Of a stretch of 64,000 nt of DNA, positions 50,701-63,500 are shown in pieces. The translations under genes and the position numbers were made by a program. A model generated the notes under the pieces. The model saw only the letters and a list, made by a program, of their open reading frames with translations, was not told the DNA's origin and did no database searches. Each line of letters opens with the position of its first letter. Within the stretch, counting starts at the first letter, position 1. Origin of the DNA: Macrostomum lignano (Eukaryota); assembly GCA_002269645.1 (NCBI GenBank), contig NIVC01000597.1:1-64000 (forward strand), given 5' to 3'.

Positions 50701-53700
50701 AATGGCTGGAGGTAACTGACTCAAATGGCTGGAGGTAACTGACTCAAATGGCTGGAGGTAACTGACTCAAATGGCTGGAGGTAACTGACTCAAATGGCAG
50801 AAGGTAACTGACTCAAATGGCTGGAGGTAACTGACTCAAATGGCTGGAGGTAACTGACTCAAATGGCTGGAGGTAACTGACTCAAATGGCTGGAGGTATC
50901 TGACTCAAATGGCTGGAGGTAACTGACTCAAATGGCTGGAGGTAACTGACTCAAATGGCTGGAGGTAACTGACTCAAATAGCTGGAGGTAACTGACTCAA
51001 ATGGCTGGAGGTAACTGACTCAAATGGCTGGAGGTAACTGACTCAAATGGCTGGAGGTAACTGACTCAAATGGCTGGAGGTAACTGACTCAAATGGCAGA
51101 AGGTAACTGACTCAAATGGCTGGAGGTAACTGACTCAAACGGTGAAAGGTCACAAGTCTCACCTAGACAAGAGTCATGACCAAGATCGTTGCCATGCTTT
51201 ATCATGCAGTCGCCAAGGATGCCCTCAGGCTGGGGGTAAGAGAGATTGCGACCTTTGTTCTGCAGATTGTTAAATCCTTTGGCAGCGGTAAGGCGAACGC
51301 GGGCCACTAAAAGAAAGAATTTTTTAAATTTGAAAATGAAATTTCACAGAAAATCAACTTGGTAAGAATGAATAAGAAACTATTGCTTACTAGGATTTGG
51401 CTGCAGATATTCTTGAGTTTTAGTAATCAAGTCGTCAACCATTTTATTTGCAACTTCAATTTTCTAAACATTCAAAAGAAAATAACTATCATTTAGAGTG
51501 TCATATATTAAATTAAAATAAATATGATTTGGAGACATACCCTTTCCATTTCTAGAAAGTCAGTATCAAGCTCTGTGCCTTTAGTGCCAGCAATTCGCTC
51601 ACTCAACATCTGTGTGGGGGTGCAAGTAATAGAGATAGATTTATGTAAAGGCAAAAATAGGCATATTGTACATATTATCTAGCATTTTTACCCATATTAA
51701 GTGCTCTACTCTCATTATAAACTGCAATGGTTAGGTTGAACAAGGTCAAGCCAAGTTAACACACCTAGCAAATACTACCTTTTCTCCAAAAAAGACTGTT
51801 TTAATTTTTATTTTTCTGAAATGATCTTTGTTAAAAAATTCTTTGACAAAACTGGTAGATTGGTCAGGCCAAAACAGTTATTTGATTATGACCAACAGGT
51901 TATTTTTTTAAAGGTTTTGATGTGACTCCTGAGTTAATAATCTTATATGATTATCTTATATATGATAGTCCTATATATATGCAACATGGCCAATAAGTTT
52001 CTACTAACATCATAAATACTAATATTGATAAATATATAGTATATATTCAGCAATTGAGCTAAAAAATGCAATTATGCAACAAAACTTTAAAACAAGATGT
52101 GTTGCAAAATTTGATAAAAAATGAAATTTTACACTTTTTTGAAAGTGTGCTTGTGATATTGCAGTTAACAAAACAGCAATGCTGCCAATCTTAATCATGA
52201 AAGTAAAAAACCAAGTCAATACTAAACAATAAATACTGCTTTCAAAATAAAAATGAGTATGATCATATTAAATTATGCAGAATCTACTTTAATTACAAAA
52301 AATATATTACAAACAAAAATCAAAGCATTTAACAGACATAACTTTATTCTTGCAATCAGGTAATAAAAAATTACTCTTTTTACTAATCTGTAATTTTGAA
52401 TCTATAAAGTTCTAAAATCATTAAGTGCAACAAGGAAAAAGTAATTTGCACAAAATAAAAAGTCACATGATTTTGTTGGATATGCCTAATAAAAGAATTT
52501 TATCCTAGACTATTTCCTAGTGATAAAAGAAGTGTCATGTCCAAGTTAAGAAATTCCTTTAGGAATCCCTAAGATGTTGAGGCTTGCAGGGAATTGCTAT
52601 AGTGCTATAGTGCTATAATGACTCTTGGTGAGAATTACTGAAATGCCAATGCTTTAGGATAAAGGTTAGGGTTAGGGTTAGGATTAGAAGGTAACCAATG
52701 GTCTTGCTTGACCTGCCTTGGAGGTGGCGCCACTCCAGCAATATAATGGCACCACAGATATGATTGCAATGGCATATAGGTGACCAATTCTTGGATGGAC
52801 TAGCATGGGCATGCACTAGCTGTCATGCTCAGGTGTCAATTTGGAAAGGCTAACTTTTTGAAGCTAGTCATCTTATGTTGCAGCAGCTGCTAGATCTCAT
52901 TTGTTGGTAGGCTACAGAAGCAAAGCAGGGTGAGTGTCAATGACAATGCAACATTGGCATAATGCTATTGTTGACTGGCAAAACTTCATTAGGGGCATTT
53001 GTTCTTAGTACCTGATTGACTATCCAGTGGAACTAGGTGGTCCTGGTAGAGATAGAGATAGACAAATCCTATTTCTTTCACCGAAAGTAACACCAAGGTG
53101 CCCATTGGCCTAGATAGTGGATACTAGGCATGGTTGAATGTGGTGCCAGGAAGTGTGTGATGATTGCTATTCCTAACCGCACTGCTGCAATGCTGCTACC
53201 TTTGATTCAACACCACATTCTCCCTAGTACACATGTGATTACTAATGGATGGCAAGCATATGCCCAGCTCCAGAATCATGCTGTTGTCAACCATCAGCTC
53301 TCATTTGTTAATCCTCAAGAGTCAAGACCCAACTATGCATAAAAACCTTATCAAAGAGACATGGGCACACTATGAAACCAAGCATACATCGATACATGCA
53401 CAACCTCGAAAATTCGGTTGGCCGAAAAAATATGACTTACATGTAACAAAACCCTAAAGCAAAATTAACGCAACTTTGGGTAAATGGCAGGAGTAACTAT
53501 AACTGTCTTATTAAGCCAAAATGCCTTGTCAGCTACTTAGTACTACTACTTCGGTATTTTTTCGGGTGGGCATTTTTGTAGCTTCCTTAGTTGGCCACCA
53601 AATTGGTCAGCCAGATTGGCCATCTTGGCCAACTGTTGCGCATTTATGAGGCAAAGTTTCAAGCTATGCATAGTACAAGCCAGGCCCTCTTTGAGTCACA

Positions 53701-55230
53701 TTTCAAGGAATTCATGTAACAGAAAATGCACCCACAGAACACTTTTGGCAATATACTCTTTTGAATTGCCCACTATTACCCCCATAGTCCGGATCATGCT
53801 GGGTGCACACCCGAACAAAAATTGAATAATTACAAATGCACGAAAAAATGTAGTGCATGCCAATTCTCAAAAATACACCAGTGTTGCGACAATAAATGAC
53901 CTTTTTTATGTTGTGACAATAAAGAAATTCTTTTAAATTGTATAATAGACCCTTATTACCAGATAATTTGGTTGCTTTTTATGCTTTTTCGGCAATACTA
54001 TTTTATGGAAAATTATTTATATTTATATATTTTACAGTTAATACACACAAAAATGTGTTTAAATGCTTTTTTACAAGCTAAAAAATGGGAAAGCTTGAAA
54101 TTTGGACTTAAAAATGAACTTATTCATCTTTTTTCTACTTCACAATTACTCTTACACGTGATTCCATAAAGTGCATGCCAGGTGTGCATGCATACTCTCT
54201 TCTTAGGAGTGATGCACGCCAACTGTGCATGCCTAATTTTGGCATGCAAGGCCAATGCACGCCCAAATTTTCAGGCGTATACTAGAGGTCGGACAGGATT
54301 GAAATCTTTGGGCGGGATTGGGATTGGGAATAATTTTTTTCTTAGGATCGGGATTGGGATCGGGATTCGGGAATCGGGATCAGGTCTTTTAGTGTATTGT
54401 CCATGTAAAGTTAAACAAAATTGAGAAAAGATTGTCAAGATCAAGAAGTAAAACACAACGAAATGGATATGAAGTTTTGTAACCAACAAAGTAAATAATG
54501 TAACGAGTACAAGTTAAAGCAAAATACCTTCAAGTAATCACTAATTCTATAAATTATTAATCAGAAGACCTGTTCTCGAATCTTGAGTTTTTTAGGGTTG
54601 GGATTCTGGTCCCATGGGAATTCAATTTTCCTCGGGATCCCGAGATTTCGGGATTGGGATCGGGATCCTGTCCGACCTCTAGCGTATACAACATGATCTG
54701 TAGTATGGTATTACCCCCTATAAACCAAACTTTAAAGTTTTGACTTTTGAACTTTATCATGCTTTCTATTGATATCCCTACAGTTTTAACCATAGACAAT
54801 TGTTAAAAGATAGGTGTTGCTTCACTTTCTTATATGCCTTGGTGCAATTTCAATTTTATGCTTTTCTAAATGCTACAAAGGTTTCCCCAACATACTGTTA
54901 TTGTTTTTTGTTGTTTTAAGTTAGTACTATTTGTGTTCAAATGAAAAATTAATTTAACAAATGAAAGAGGAAAATTGCTAAATATTATATTGTTTTAGCA
55001 ATTTCAATTTAATAATAATAAATAAGTTTAATTATTAAATTTAAATTTAATAAATTTATTTATTCATTTATTCATTCTATAAGTATAAGTTATGAAAAGA
55101 TATATAGAAACTGTCGAATGATATTATGCTGGCAGCTATACTATTAGTATTACGCCCCTAGTATTAAATTAAGCCTTAGCCACTAGGACTAAACTTAAGG
55201 TAAACCCAATATAAATAAATTACAATATTA

Positions 55231-55263
<33 letters not shown>

Positions 55264-55344
55264 AATATTACCTTATCTCTCTATGTATTGAAATCTTACC
55301 TGGTTGGCTTTGTTGAGTTGCTTTCTAAATCCTGCTAGAGACAT
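44769..55344 (-). CDS. endoA: Endophilin A (N-BAR + SH3; SH3GL1/2/3 family)
   Basis: Exons 55344-55300 (MSLAGFRKQLNKANQ), 51609-51541, 51463-51391 (EYLQPNP), 51306-51163, 50404-50271, 50192-50135 (HHLKKLEGRRLDFDCK), 47439-47336, 46368-46265, 46166-45904, 44962-44769 (SH3: ELAFDEGD...DENWFEG...GFFPVNYV). All GT-AG with compatible phases. Confidence 0.96.
45110..45855. repeat. Almost pure polypurine (G/A) tract in the last endophilin intron
   Basis: About 740 nt of GGGGAAAGAG-like units with rare T. Confidence 0.95.
46480..46878. repeat. Degenerate telomere-like TTAGG(G) array
   Basis: TTTAGGTTAGGATTTAGG/GAGGGTTTAGG units with a higher-order period of about 60 bp. Confidence 0.8.
47632..49950. 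repeat. 20-bp minisatellite TCTGTCTAACAGGTGATGCT (endophilin intron)
   Basis: About 2.3-kb very homogeneous array. Confidence 0.98.
50478..51140. repeat. 23-bp minisatellite GCTGGAGGTAACTGACTCAAATG (endophilin intron)
   Basis: Tandem array. Confidence 0.97.
52950..53790 (+). mobile_element. Decayed Merlin (IS1016/ISXO2-like DDE) transposase in an endophilin intron
   Basis: VDWQNFIRGIC...YPVELGGPG, WILGMVECGARKCVMIAIPNRTAAMLLPLIQHHILPSTHVITNGWQAYAQL..HAVVNH..SFVNP, and later HSTSQALFESHFKEFM*...FGNILF*IAHYYP; stops and frameshifts present. Confidence 0.8.
54283..54681. mobile_element. hAT-type MITE
   Basis: Perfect 17-bp TIR TAGAGGTCGGACAGGAT / ATCCTGTCCGACCTCTA and perfect 8-bp TSD GCGTATAC (54275-54282, 54682-54689); internal GGGAT(T/C) repeats. 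Confidence 0.9.
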
Positions 55345-57058
55345 TGTTTGTGGGCTTTTAGGTTAATGTGTTTATGCCTATCTTTACTTCCAAAGAATCA
55401 GGGTGGGTTTAATTGGCGATGACTTTTAACTTCGTGCTTAGTAGTTAAAAGGCAGCAAAAATCAGCTTAAAAACGGTAGAAGAGACCAAAGAAAAACAGT
55501 TCAAATCAATAAGATTAAATGGAAAACTCAACTCAATACATTCCTGCTTTCACATTTCACTCTGTTCCAACGATGTAGAATGATGATTCTGATAATCCAG
55601 GATTTAATGCAAGCTTTAAAAAACGATATCATCAATACGTATAACAAAAATTCTTGCCTTAAAAATTTAAAAGTATTCTGAAAACGTTTCCTGCACTTAA
55701 AAATGTTTTTGCTGAATTTTTAAGATCGAATGCAAAACTATGAACAGAAATTTTGACAAACTTTTTCTCGCAGAAGTACTGGATGTCTTGTGTATGCTTT
55801 AGCCAAGGATCACTTAGAGTAGACTATTCCACGTGGTCCTGGGCTTTAGCATGGGAGGCGAGCTGAATGTACATGTATACAGTGTACGATGCATACGACA
55901 TACAGTGTAAAAAGGACGACAGCAGCAGGATGTCAATTTTGTGTAGATAATATATAATGTACATGGTTTCCGTACATGGTGATGGTTGTACATGGTGATG
56001 GTGTTTGCTAAATCAGTTTCGACGATTTGATTTTTCGAGCTTATGATGGTGGTTGCTAACCTTTTCGACGATGTTACTTTTCGAGCTTGTGAGTCTCGAG
56101 CTTGTGATGGGGTTGATTATGCTTTTCGACGATGTGATTCTTCGAGCTTAATTGTCATTGGCCCCCGAAAATTGACTTTGGATAGAGGAGAACAATTTCC
56201 AGGGGGGGGGGATAATTAGCGACTCTACTTTATGAGCTTTTTGACATAATAATCCCTATAATTATCCCTAAGTCCTCCCAAGTCCAATTTTGTCACTTTT
56301 TTGCCAAACAATATATAGCTTGTGCTTCCTTCCTCATGCGACTAGCCTTCCTTCCTTCTTTCTCTGCCCCCCCCCATCATCGTTTAGTTGTATAGGCCCC
56401 GTCACCCTCAATGGGTACATGTGGCCGGCCTTGTGCTTTTAGTGCAGGGGTCGGCAAAATTTTTACCTCGATCAAAGCTAGTAGGTCAGATTGAGAATCT
56501 AGCGCACGACTGCGGGCCAGAGGAGGGAGAGAGGAGAGGAGAGAGCTAGGTGAGGAGATGAGAGGAGAGCTGAGAGAGAGAGGAGAGGAGGCCGGGATGA
56601 GAAGAGAGATGAGACAATTGAGAGCTGCGAAGAGACACAAACATCAAGCGGGCCGGAGTGTGCCGATCCCTGTTTTAGTATTCACCCTTTTACTTGACTC
56701 TGATCGACATTCCGAATTCGGAAAATTACTGATTGGTCTTGACCTTGCAATTTTCATTCATTTTGGATTACTTACTAAATAAATTGATAGTGCAGTTTGA
56801 ATCAGTTAAAAATTCGAACACTTTTCAGACTTTCAGACTTCCAACACAGAATTGAATGTTGACCTGCATCATGGTTGTCACAATGTCACAAACTCACATA
56901 ACAGTATGAGTTAGGGTTTGCCCTTAGATTACAAAACCGTATGTACAATGGTAGATTGTATAGTATGCAACTGAGTTGAATAATGGCCAAAACTCGAGTG
57001 CACGAGTGTCTATGGCCATTATTCAACGAAGTTGCATACTATACAAGTGCATTGTATT

Positions 57059-58018
57059 TATACTTTCACTCAGCGCTCAGTCATTATTCCACACTTTTGC
57101 GGCCATTATTCCACACTTTTGTCGCTGTCATTATTCCACACTTTTTATCATGCTTCAATTGGCTGTTTTAAGAGTTGTTTTACCCATAGACGACTGAGTT
57201 GTGTGGCTTAGTTTGACCATAGACAACACTGTGATGAGTGCTGATTTTGCTTGCGTCTTGCAAGAAATCAGGAAAGCGAGTAGTGGGAGAAAAAGCTATT
57301 TGTCTTGTCAAACAACTATGGCTATAGTGCATCTCGTCAAACAGCCGCGCTTATTAATTGAAAAAATCTTCCTGTCGACGACTGAACGAACCGTGCGGCG
57401 CTACCTAGGAAGAAAACGCGACCATGCAGTCTTCAACGCCTCGACGGCTATAAACGATGCCTGAAAGCGGCCAATCGATTCAGTCGAGCAGCCGACAGTC
57501 CCAAAGAATCCCTGCTTGGATACTGCGGTACCAAAGAAGCTCATCAGACGAAGCTCATCAGTCGCATGCCAACTTAACCAAGACGTGCATCTTTCAAATG
57601 GTAAGTTCGGCAACTATACTTGAGCACCTGTATTTCTCTTTCATAGAAAACATTCAACATAGACCAACTCCTTTTGCAGTGCCAAATCATCAGGCTAAAG
57701 TGTCGAGCATCTGTGGAAACTGCGGCTTTGAGAACTGTGCATGTTTCACTTTGGGTGACAAATTGATTTTTACATTGTCAAATTTCGACTACAAACTGAT
57801 AAACTGCACTAGCTGTGACATTTATTATTAACTCTTTTCGTGTAGCTGGTACTTTAGTTTTAATGATTTTCCTTTTTGTTCATTTACTTCTTGTTGTTCT
57901 GTATTTACTAACAAAAATACTGAGCGATGGATTTTTTCAATCCAAATGTCTATGGTACACATCAAAACTGTGGAATAATGGCCAAAATATTTTTTCATTG
58001 CGTCTGGGTAAAAGTATA
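57059..58018. mobile_element. Possible degenerate Tc1-like element
   Basis: Imperfect inverted ends (TATACTTT...GGCCATTATTCCACACTTTTG versus CAAAACTGTGGAATAATGGCC...AAAAGTATA); internal TTERTVRRYL is weakly HTH-like. Confidence 0.35.
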
Positions 58019-58517
58019 ATTACAATGTGCCCTCCCACCAATAGCCACTACGCTGACTTCAATGCTAGAATTTATATTTTCTAAATTAATGCAACTCAAA
58101 CGTAAAATCTCAACAAAGTTGACACCCGAATTATTTAAGCGCGATTTGTTGACGCCCAAATCCATGCAATTTGCGGAAAATCGTGCGGGTTGGGCTCGAG
58201 TTACGAAACTGGACGATCATCAGAATTCGCAAATCTATGGTGTACATGTACACTTGACGGGTTCCTATGTACATACGTACGTATTGACGCTGCATGTATT
58301 TGGAAATCGTCGAACTGATACATATGTAAACTTATAGGTACGAATATAAAACTACATAACGAATGTGCAAAAGTCTATGGCCTGTAGCGAAGTGATAAAA
58401 CTCGGTTTGAAAAAGGACATCAAGCATTCATCGCTCAGAAGTTCCGACTTCGCTAAGTTGATTTCAAAAGACAGAGCCAGCTACCAGTGTCCAGGAAGCA
58501 GCGTATATAACTGACTA

Positions 58518-60385
58518 ATGCCGCCATCGCCGGGTCGAAGAAATGCTGTGGAGGCAGAATACACTAGCAGCAACAGCAGGAGCAGCTGCGGAAGCTTCGC
58601 TCGCTACGACAGTCGTGGCTCGCCAGCCTCCTTGACATCGAGCGCATCCTCGATACTGGACAATATTGATTCCGTGTGCACTTTAAACTCGGCGTCCACG
58701 GCTTCAACAGCTGCGGCAGCGAAAGCGTCGGGGAAGTCAAAATCGCCGTCTGCCAATGTCGAGGAGGCGCCGCCGACACCGCCGTCTCCATCTTCAACGA
58801 CAAGCTCGCCGGCGCCGCAGGCATTTCACCGGGTGTACAAGCTGGAGAATGTCATCGGCAGTGGAAGCTACGCCAGCGTTTATCGTTGCGTTGACCGGCA
58901 GAGTAATAAGAACTTTGCGGTGAAGGTGGGTGCGGGTTGCTGCACTGGCTGAATTAGAAGGCATAATTCCAAGGAATTCGACCGGTGGACGGATTTGGGC
59001 CCACATTCAGGAATGCAGAGATGGAATTAGGCAACGCTTAGAAATTTACACAGAAAAAAGAGACGGAGGATTTCCAATACTGAGTTAGGCGACAATTAGA
59101 AATCTAGAGACTGATTTAGGCGAAAATTAGAATTCTATAGAGACTGAGTTAGGCGACAATTAGAAATCCAGAGACTTAATTAGGCAACAATTAGATATCT
59201 ATAGAGACTGGAGTTAGGAGACAATTAGAAATCTATAGAGAATGAATTAGGCGACAATTAGATATCTATAGAGACTGAGTTAGGCGACAATTAGAAATCC
59301 AGAGACTTAATTAGGCAACAATTAGATATCTATAGAGACTGGAGTTAGGAGACAATTAGAAATCTATAGAGAATGAATTAGGCGACAATTAGATATCTAT
59401 AGAGACTGGAGTTAGGCGACAATTAGAAATCTATAGAGACTGAGTTAGGCGACAATTAGAAATCCAGAGACAGAATCAGGCGACAATTAGAAATCCAGAG
59501 ACAGAATCAGGCGACAATTAGAAATCCAGAGACAGAATCAGGCGACAATTAGAAATCCAGAGACAGAATCAGGCGACAATTAGAAATCCAGAGACAGAAT
59601 CAGGCGACAATTAGAAATCCAGAGACAGAATCAGGCGACAATTAGAAATCCAGAGACAGAATCAGGCGACAATTAGAAATCCAGAGACAGAATCAGGCGA
59701 CAATTAGAAATCCAGAGACAGAATCAGGCGACAATTAGAAATCCAGAGACAGAATCAGGCGACAATTAGAAATCCAGAGACAGAATTGTAGAAAAGTTAA
59801 TGCCGCGATATGGTGCTAGGCAGGCATGAAGAATATCTCAAAGGCCGCTTGCACTTAGCAGGGCCGGCTTATATTTGGCTATGACTAATTGCGTAATACG
59901 AGCTAAATCAATTATTGAAGTGAGTGGTTGGCTGTACGTACTTGTACGGGGCAGTGATAGCGCTGGACCAAGCGAGCGAGGGAGAGAGAGAGGGAGGCAG
60001 ATGTACACTGCCCCACAAGAATCAGGCAACAATTAGAAATCCAGAGGCCGGCATAATCCCCGCACTGCAGGTGCTCGAAGATAAGCTGCTGTCGAGTTTT
60101 CAAAGACAATTAATTCGCAACGAAGAGTCCATCCTGCTCAGACTGGACCATCGCAACATCATCCGACTAGTGGCGGTGTTCTCGGACGAGCCAGACATCA
60201 AGCGGATGGTGTTCGAATTTGCCGATCAGCTGGACATCTGCTTGGCCCTGGTGACTAGTCCGAACTTTGGCGAGAGGGCGATTCGAGAAGCGGCTAAGCA
60301 GTTATTTAGCGGACTGGCCTACTTGCACGAGAAGAGAATAATGCACAGGGATTTGAAGCTGGAGAATCTGCTGGCAAAAAGTGAC
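58518..60385 (+). CDS. CAMK-group Ser/Thr protein kinase, 5' part (continues past the 60.5-64 kb repeat)
   Basis: Exon 58518-58925 ends IGSGSYASVYRC...FAVK; exon 60071-60385 has IRNEESILLRLDHRNII and LAYLHEKRIMHRDLKLENLL; donor GTAAGT at 60386. Start codon inferred; DFG exon not in the window. Confidence 0.88.
59045..59787. repeat. ~31-bp minisatellite AGGCGACAATTAGAAATCCAGAGACAGAATC (kinase intron 1)
   Basis: Diverged 5' copies, identical 3' copies. Confidence 0.95.
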
Positions 60386-60534
60386 GTAAGTGTGACAAGG
60401 GCTTTGGTAATTATATTACTATCAGTAATATCCACAGCTTCAGCAGCTACGAGGTAAAAATTCGCAGCAAAAAATGACATCTGGTTTATGATTTATTTGT
60501 TAGATTTATTTGACTCGTAACAGAATCGGATAAT

Positions 60535-63500
60535 AATTGAAGGGAGACACTGAAGGGAGAGACTGAAGGGAGACACTGAAGGGAGACACTGAAGGGGAGA
60601 GACTGAAGGGAGACACTGAAGGGGGAGACTGAAGGGAGACACTGAAGGGGGAGACTGAAGGGAGACACTGAAGGGGAAGACTGAAGGGAGCCACTGAAGG
60701 GGAGACTGAAGGGAGCCACTGAAGGGGGAGACTGAAGGGAGACTGAAGGGGGAGACTGAAGGGAGACACTGAAGGGGGAGACTGAAGGGAGACACTGAAG
60801 GGGGAGACTGAAGGGAGACACTGAAGGGGGAGACTGAAGGGAGACACTGAAGGGGGAGACTGAAGGGAGACACTGAAGGGGAAGACTGAAGGGAGCCACT
60901 GAAGGGGGAGACTGAAGGGAGCCACTGAAGGGGGAGACTGAAGGGGGAGACTGAAGGGGGGAGACTGAAGGGAGACACTGAAGGGGGAGACTGAAGGGAG
61001 ACACTGAAGGGGAGACTGAAGGGAGACACTGAAGGGGGAGACTGAAGGGAGACACTGAAGGGGGAGACTGAAGGGAGACACTGAAGGGGAAGACTGAAGG
61101 GAGACACTGAAGGGGGAGACTGAAGGGAGCCACTGAAGGGGGAGACTGAAGGGAGACTGAAGGGGGAGACTGAAGGGAGACACTGAAGGGGGAGACTGAA
61201 GGGAGACACTGAAGGGGAGACTGAAGGGAGACACTGAAGGGGGAGACTGAAGGGAGACACTGAAGGGGGAGACTGAAGGGAGACACTGAAGGGGGAGACT
61301 GAAGGGAGACACTGAAGGGAGACACTGAAGGGGGAGACTGAAGGGAGACACTGAAGGGAGACACTGAAGGGGGAGACTGAAGGGAGACACTGAAGGGGGA
61401 CACTGAAGGGAGACACTGAAGGAAGACACTGAAGGGGGAGACTGAAGGGAGACACTGAAGGGAGACACTGAAGGGGGAGACTGAAGGGAGAGACTGAAGG
61501 GAGACACTGAAGGGGGAGACTGAAGGGAGACACTGAAGGGAGACACTGAAGGGAGACACTGAAGGGGGAGACTGAAGGGAGACACTGAAGGGAGAGACTG
61601 AAGGGGGAGACTGAAGGGAGACTGAAGGGAGACACTGAAGGGGAGACTGAAGGGAGACACTGAAGGGGGAGACTGAAGGGAGACACTGAAGGGGGAGACT
61701 GAAGGGAGACACTGAAGGGAGACACTGAAGGGGGAGACTGAAGGGAGACACTGAAGGGGGAGACTGAAGGGAGACACTGAAGGGGGAGACTGAAGGGAGA
61801 CACTGAAGGGAGACACTGAAGGGGGAGACTGAAGGGAGACACTGAAGGGAGACACTGAAGGGGGAGACTGAAGGGAGACACTGAAGGGGGACACTGAAGG
61901 GAGACACTGAAGGGAGACACTGAAGGGGGAGACTGAAGGGAGACACTGAAGGGAGAGACTGAAGGGGGGAGACTGAAGGGAGAGACTGAAGGGAGACACT
62001 GAAGGGGGAGACTGAAGGGAGACACTGAAGGGAGACACTGAAGGGAGACACTGAAGGGGGAGACTGAAGGGAGACACTGAAGGGAGAGACTGAAGGGGGG
62101 AGACTGAAGGGAGAGACTGAAGGGAGACACTGAAGGGGGAGACTGAAGGGAGACACTGAAGGGGGAGACTGAAGGGAGACACTGAAGGGGGAGACTGAAG
62201 GGAGACACTGAAGGGAGACACTGAAGAGGGAGACTGAAGGGAGACACTGAAGGGAGACACTGAAGGGAGACACTGAAGGGGGAGACTGAAGGAGGGAGAC
62301 TGAAGGGAGACACTGAAGGGAGACACTGAAGGGAGACACTGAAGGGAGACACTGAAGGGAGAGACTGAAGGGGGGAGACTGAAGGGAGACACTGAAGGGG
62401 GAGACTGAAGGGAGACACTGAAGGCGGAGACTGAAGGGAGACACTGAAGGGAGACACTGAAGAGGGAGACTGAAGGGAGACACTGAAGGGAGACACTGAA
62501 GGGAGACACTGAAGGGGGAGACTGAAGGGGGGAGACTGAAGGGAGAGACTGAAGGGAGACACTGAAGGGAGAGACTGAAGGGGGGAGACTGAAGGGAGAC
62601 ACTGAAGGGAGACACTGAAGGGGGAGACTGAAGGGAGACACTGAAGGGAGACACTGAAGGGGGAGACTGAAGGGAGACACTGAAGGGAGAGACTGAAGGG
62701 GGGAGACTGAAGGGAGAGACTGAAGGGAGACACTGAAGGGAGAGACTGAAGGGGGGAGACTGAAGGGAGACACTGAAGGGGGAGACTGAAGGGAGACACT
62801 GAAGGGGGAGACTGAAGGGAGACACTGAAGGGGGAGACTGAAGGGAGACACTGAAGGGAGACACTGAAGGGAGACACTGAAGGGAGACACTGAAGGGAGA
62901 CACTGAAGGGGGAGACTGAAGGGAGACACTGAAGGGGGAGACTGAAGGGAGACACTGAAGGGGGAGACTGAAGGGAGACACTGAAGGGAGACACTGAAGG
63001 GGGAGACTGAAGGGAGACACTGAAGGGAGACACTGAAGGGAGACACTGAAGGGGGAGACTGAAGGGAGACACTGAAGGGAGAGACTGAAGGGGGGAGACT
63101 GAAGGGAGAGACTGAAAGGAGACACTGAAGGGAGAGACTGAAGGGGGGAGACTGAAGGGAGACACTGAAGGGGGAGACTGAAGGGAGACACTGAAGGGGG
63201 AGACTGAAGGGAGACACTGAAGGGAGAGACTGAAGGGGGGAGACTGAAGGGAGAGACTGAAGGGAGACACTGAAGGGAGAGACTGAAGGGGGGAGACTGA
63301 AGGGAGACACTGAAGGGGGAGACTGAAGGGAGACACTGAAGGGGGAGACTGAAGGGAGACACTGAAGGGGGAGACTGAAGGGAGACACTGAAGGGAGACA
63401 CTGAAGGGAGACACTGAAGGGAGACACTGAAGGGAGACACTGAAGGGGGAGACTGAAGGGAGACACTGAAGGGGGAGACTGAAGGGAGACACTGAAGGGG

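Noticed and set aside
56467-56700. CT-rich minus-strand segment ending GAG|GTAAAA as an endophilin 5'UTR exon
   Set aside because: Plausible, but non-coding exons cannot be established from sequence alone.
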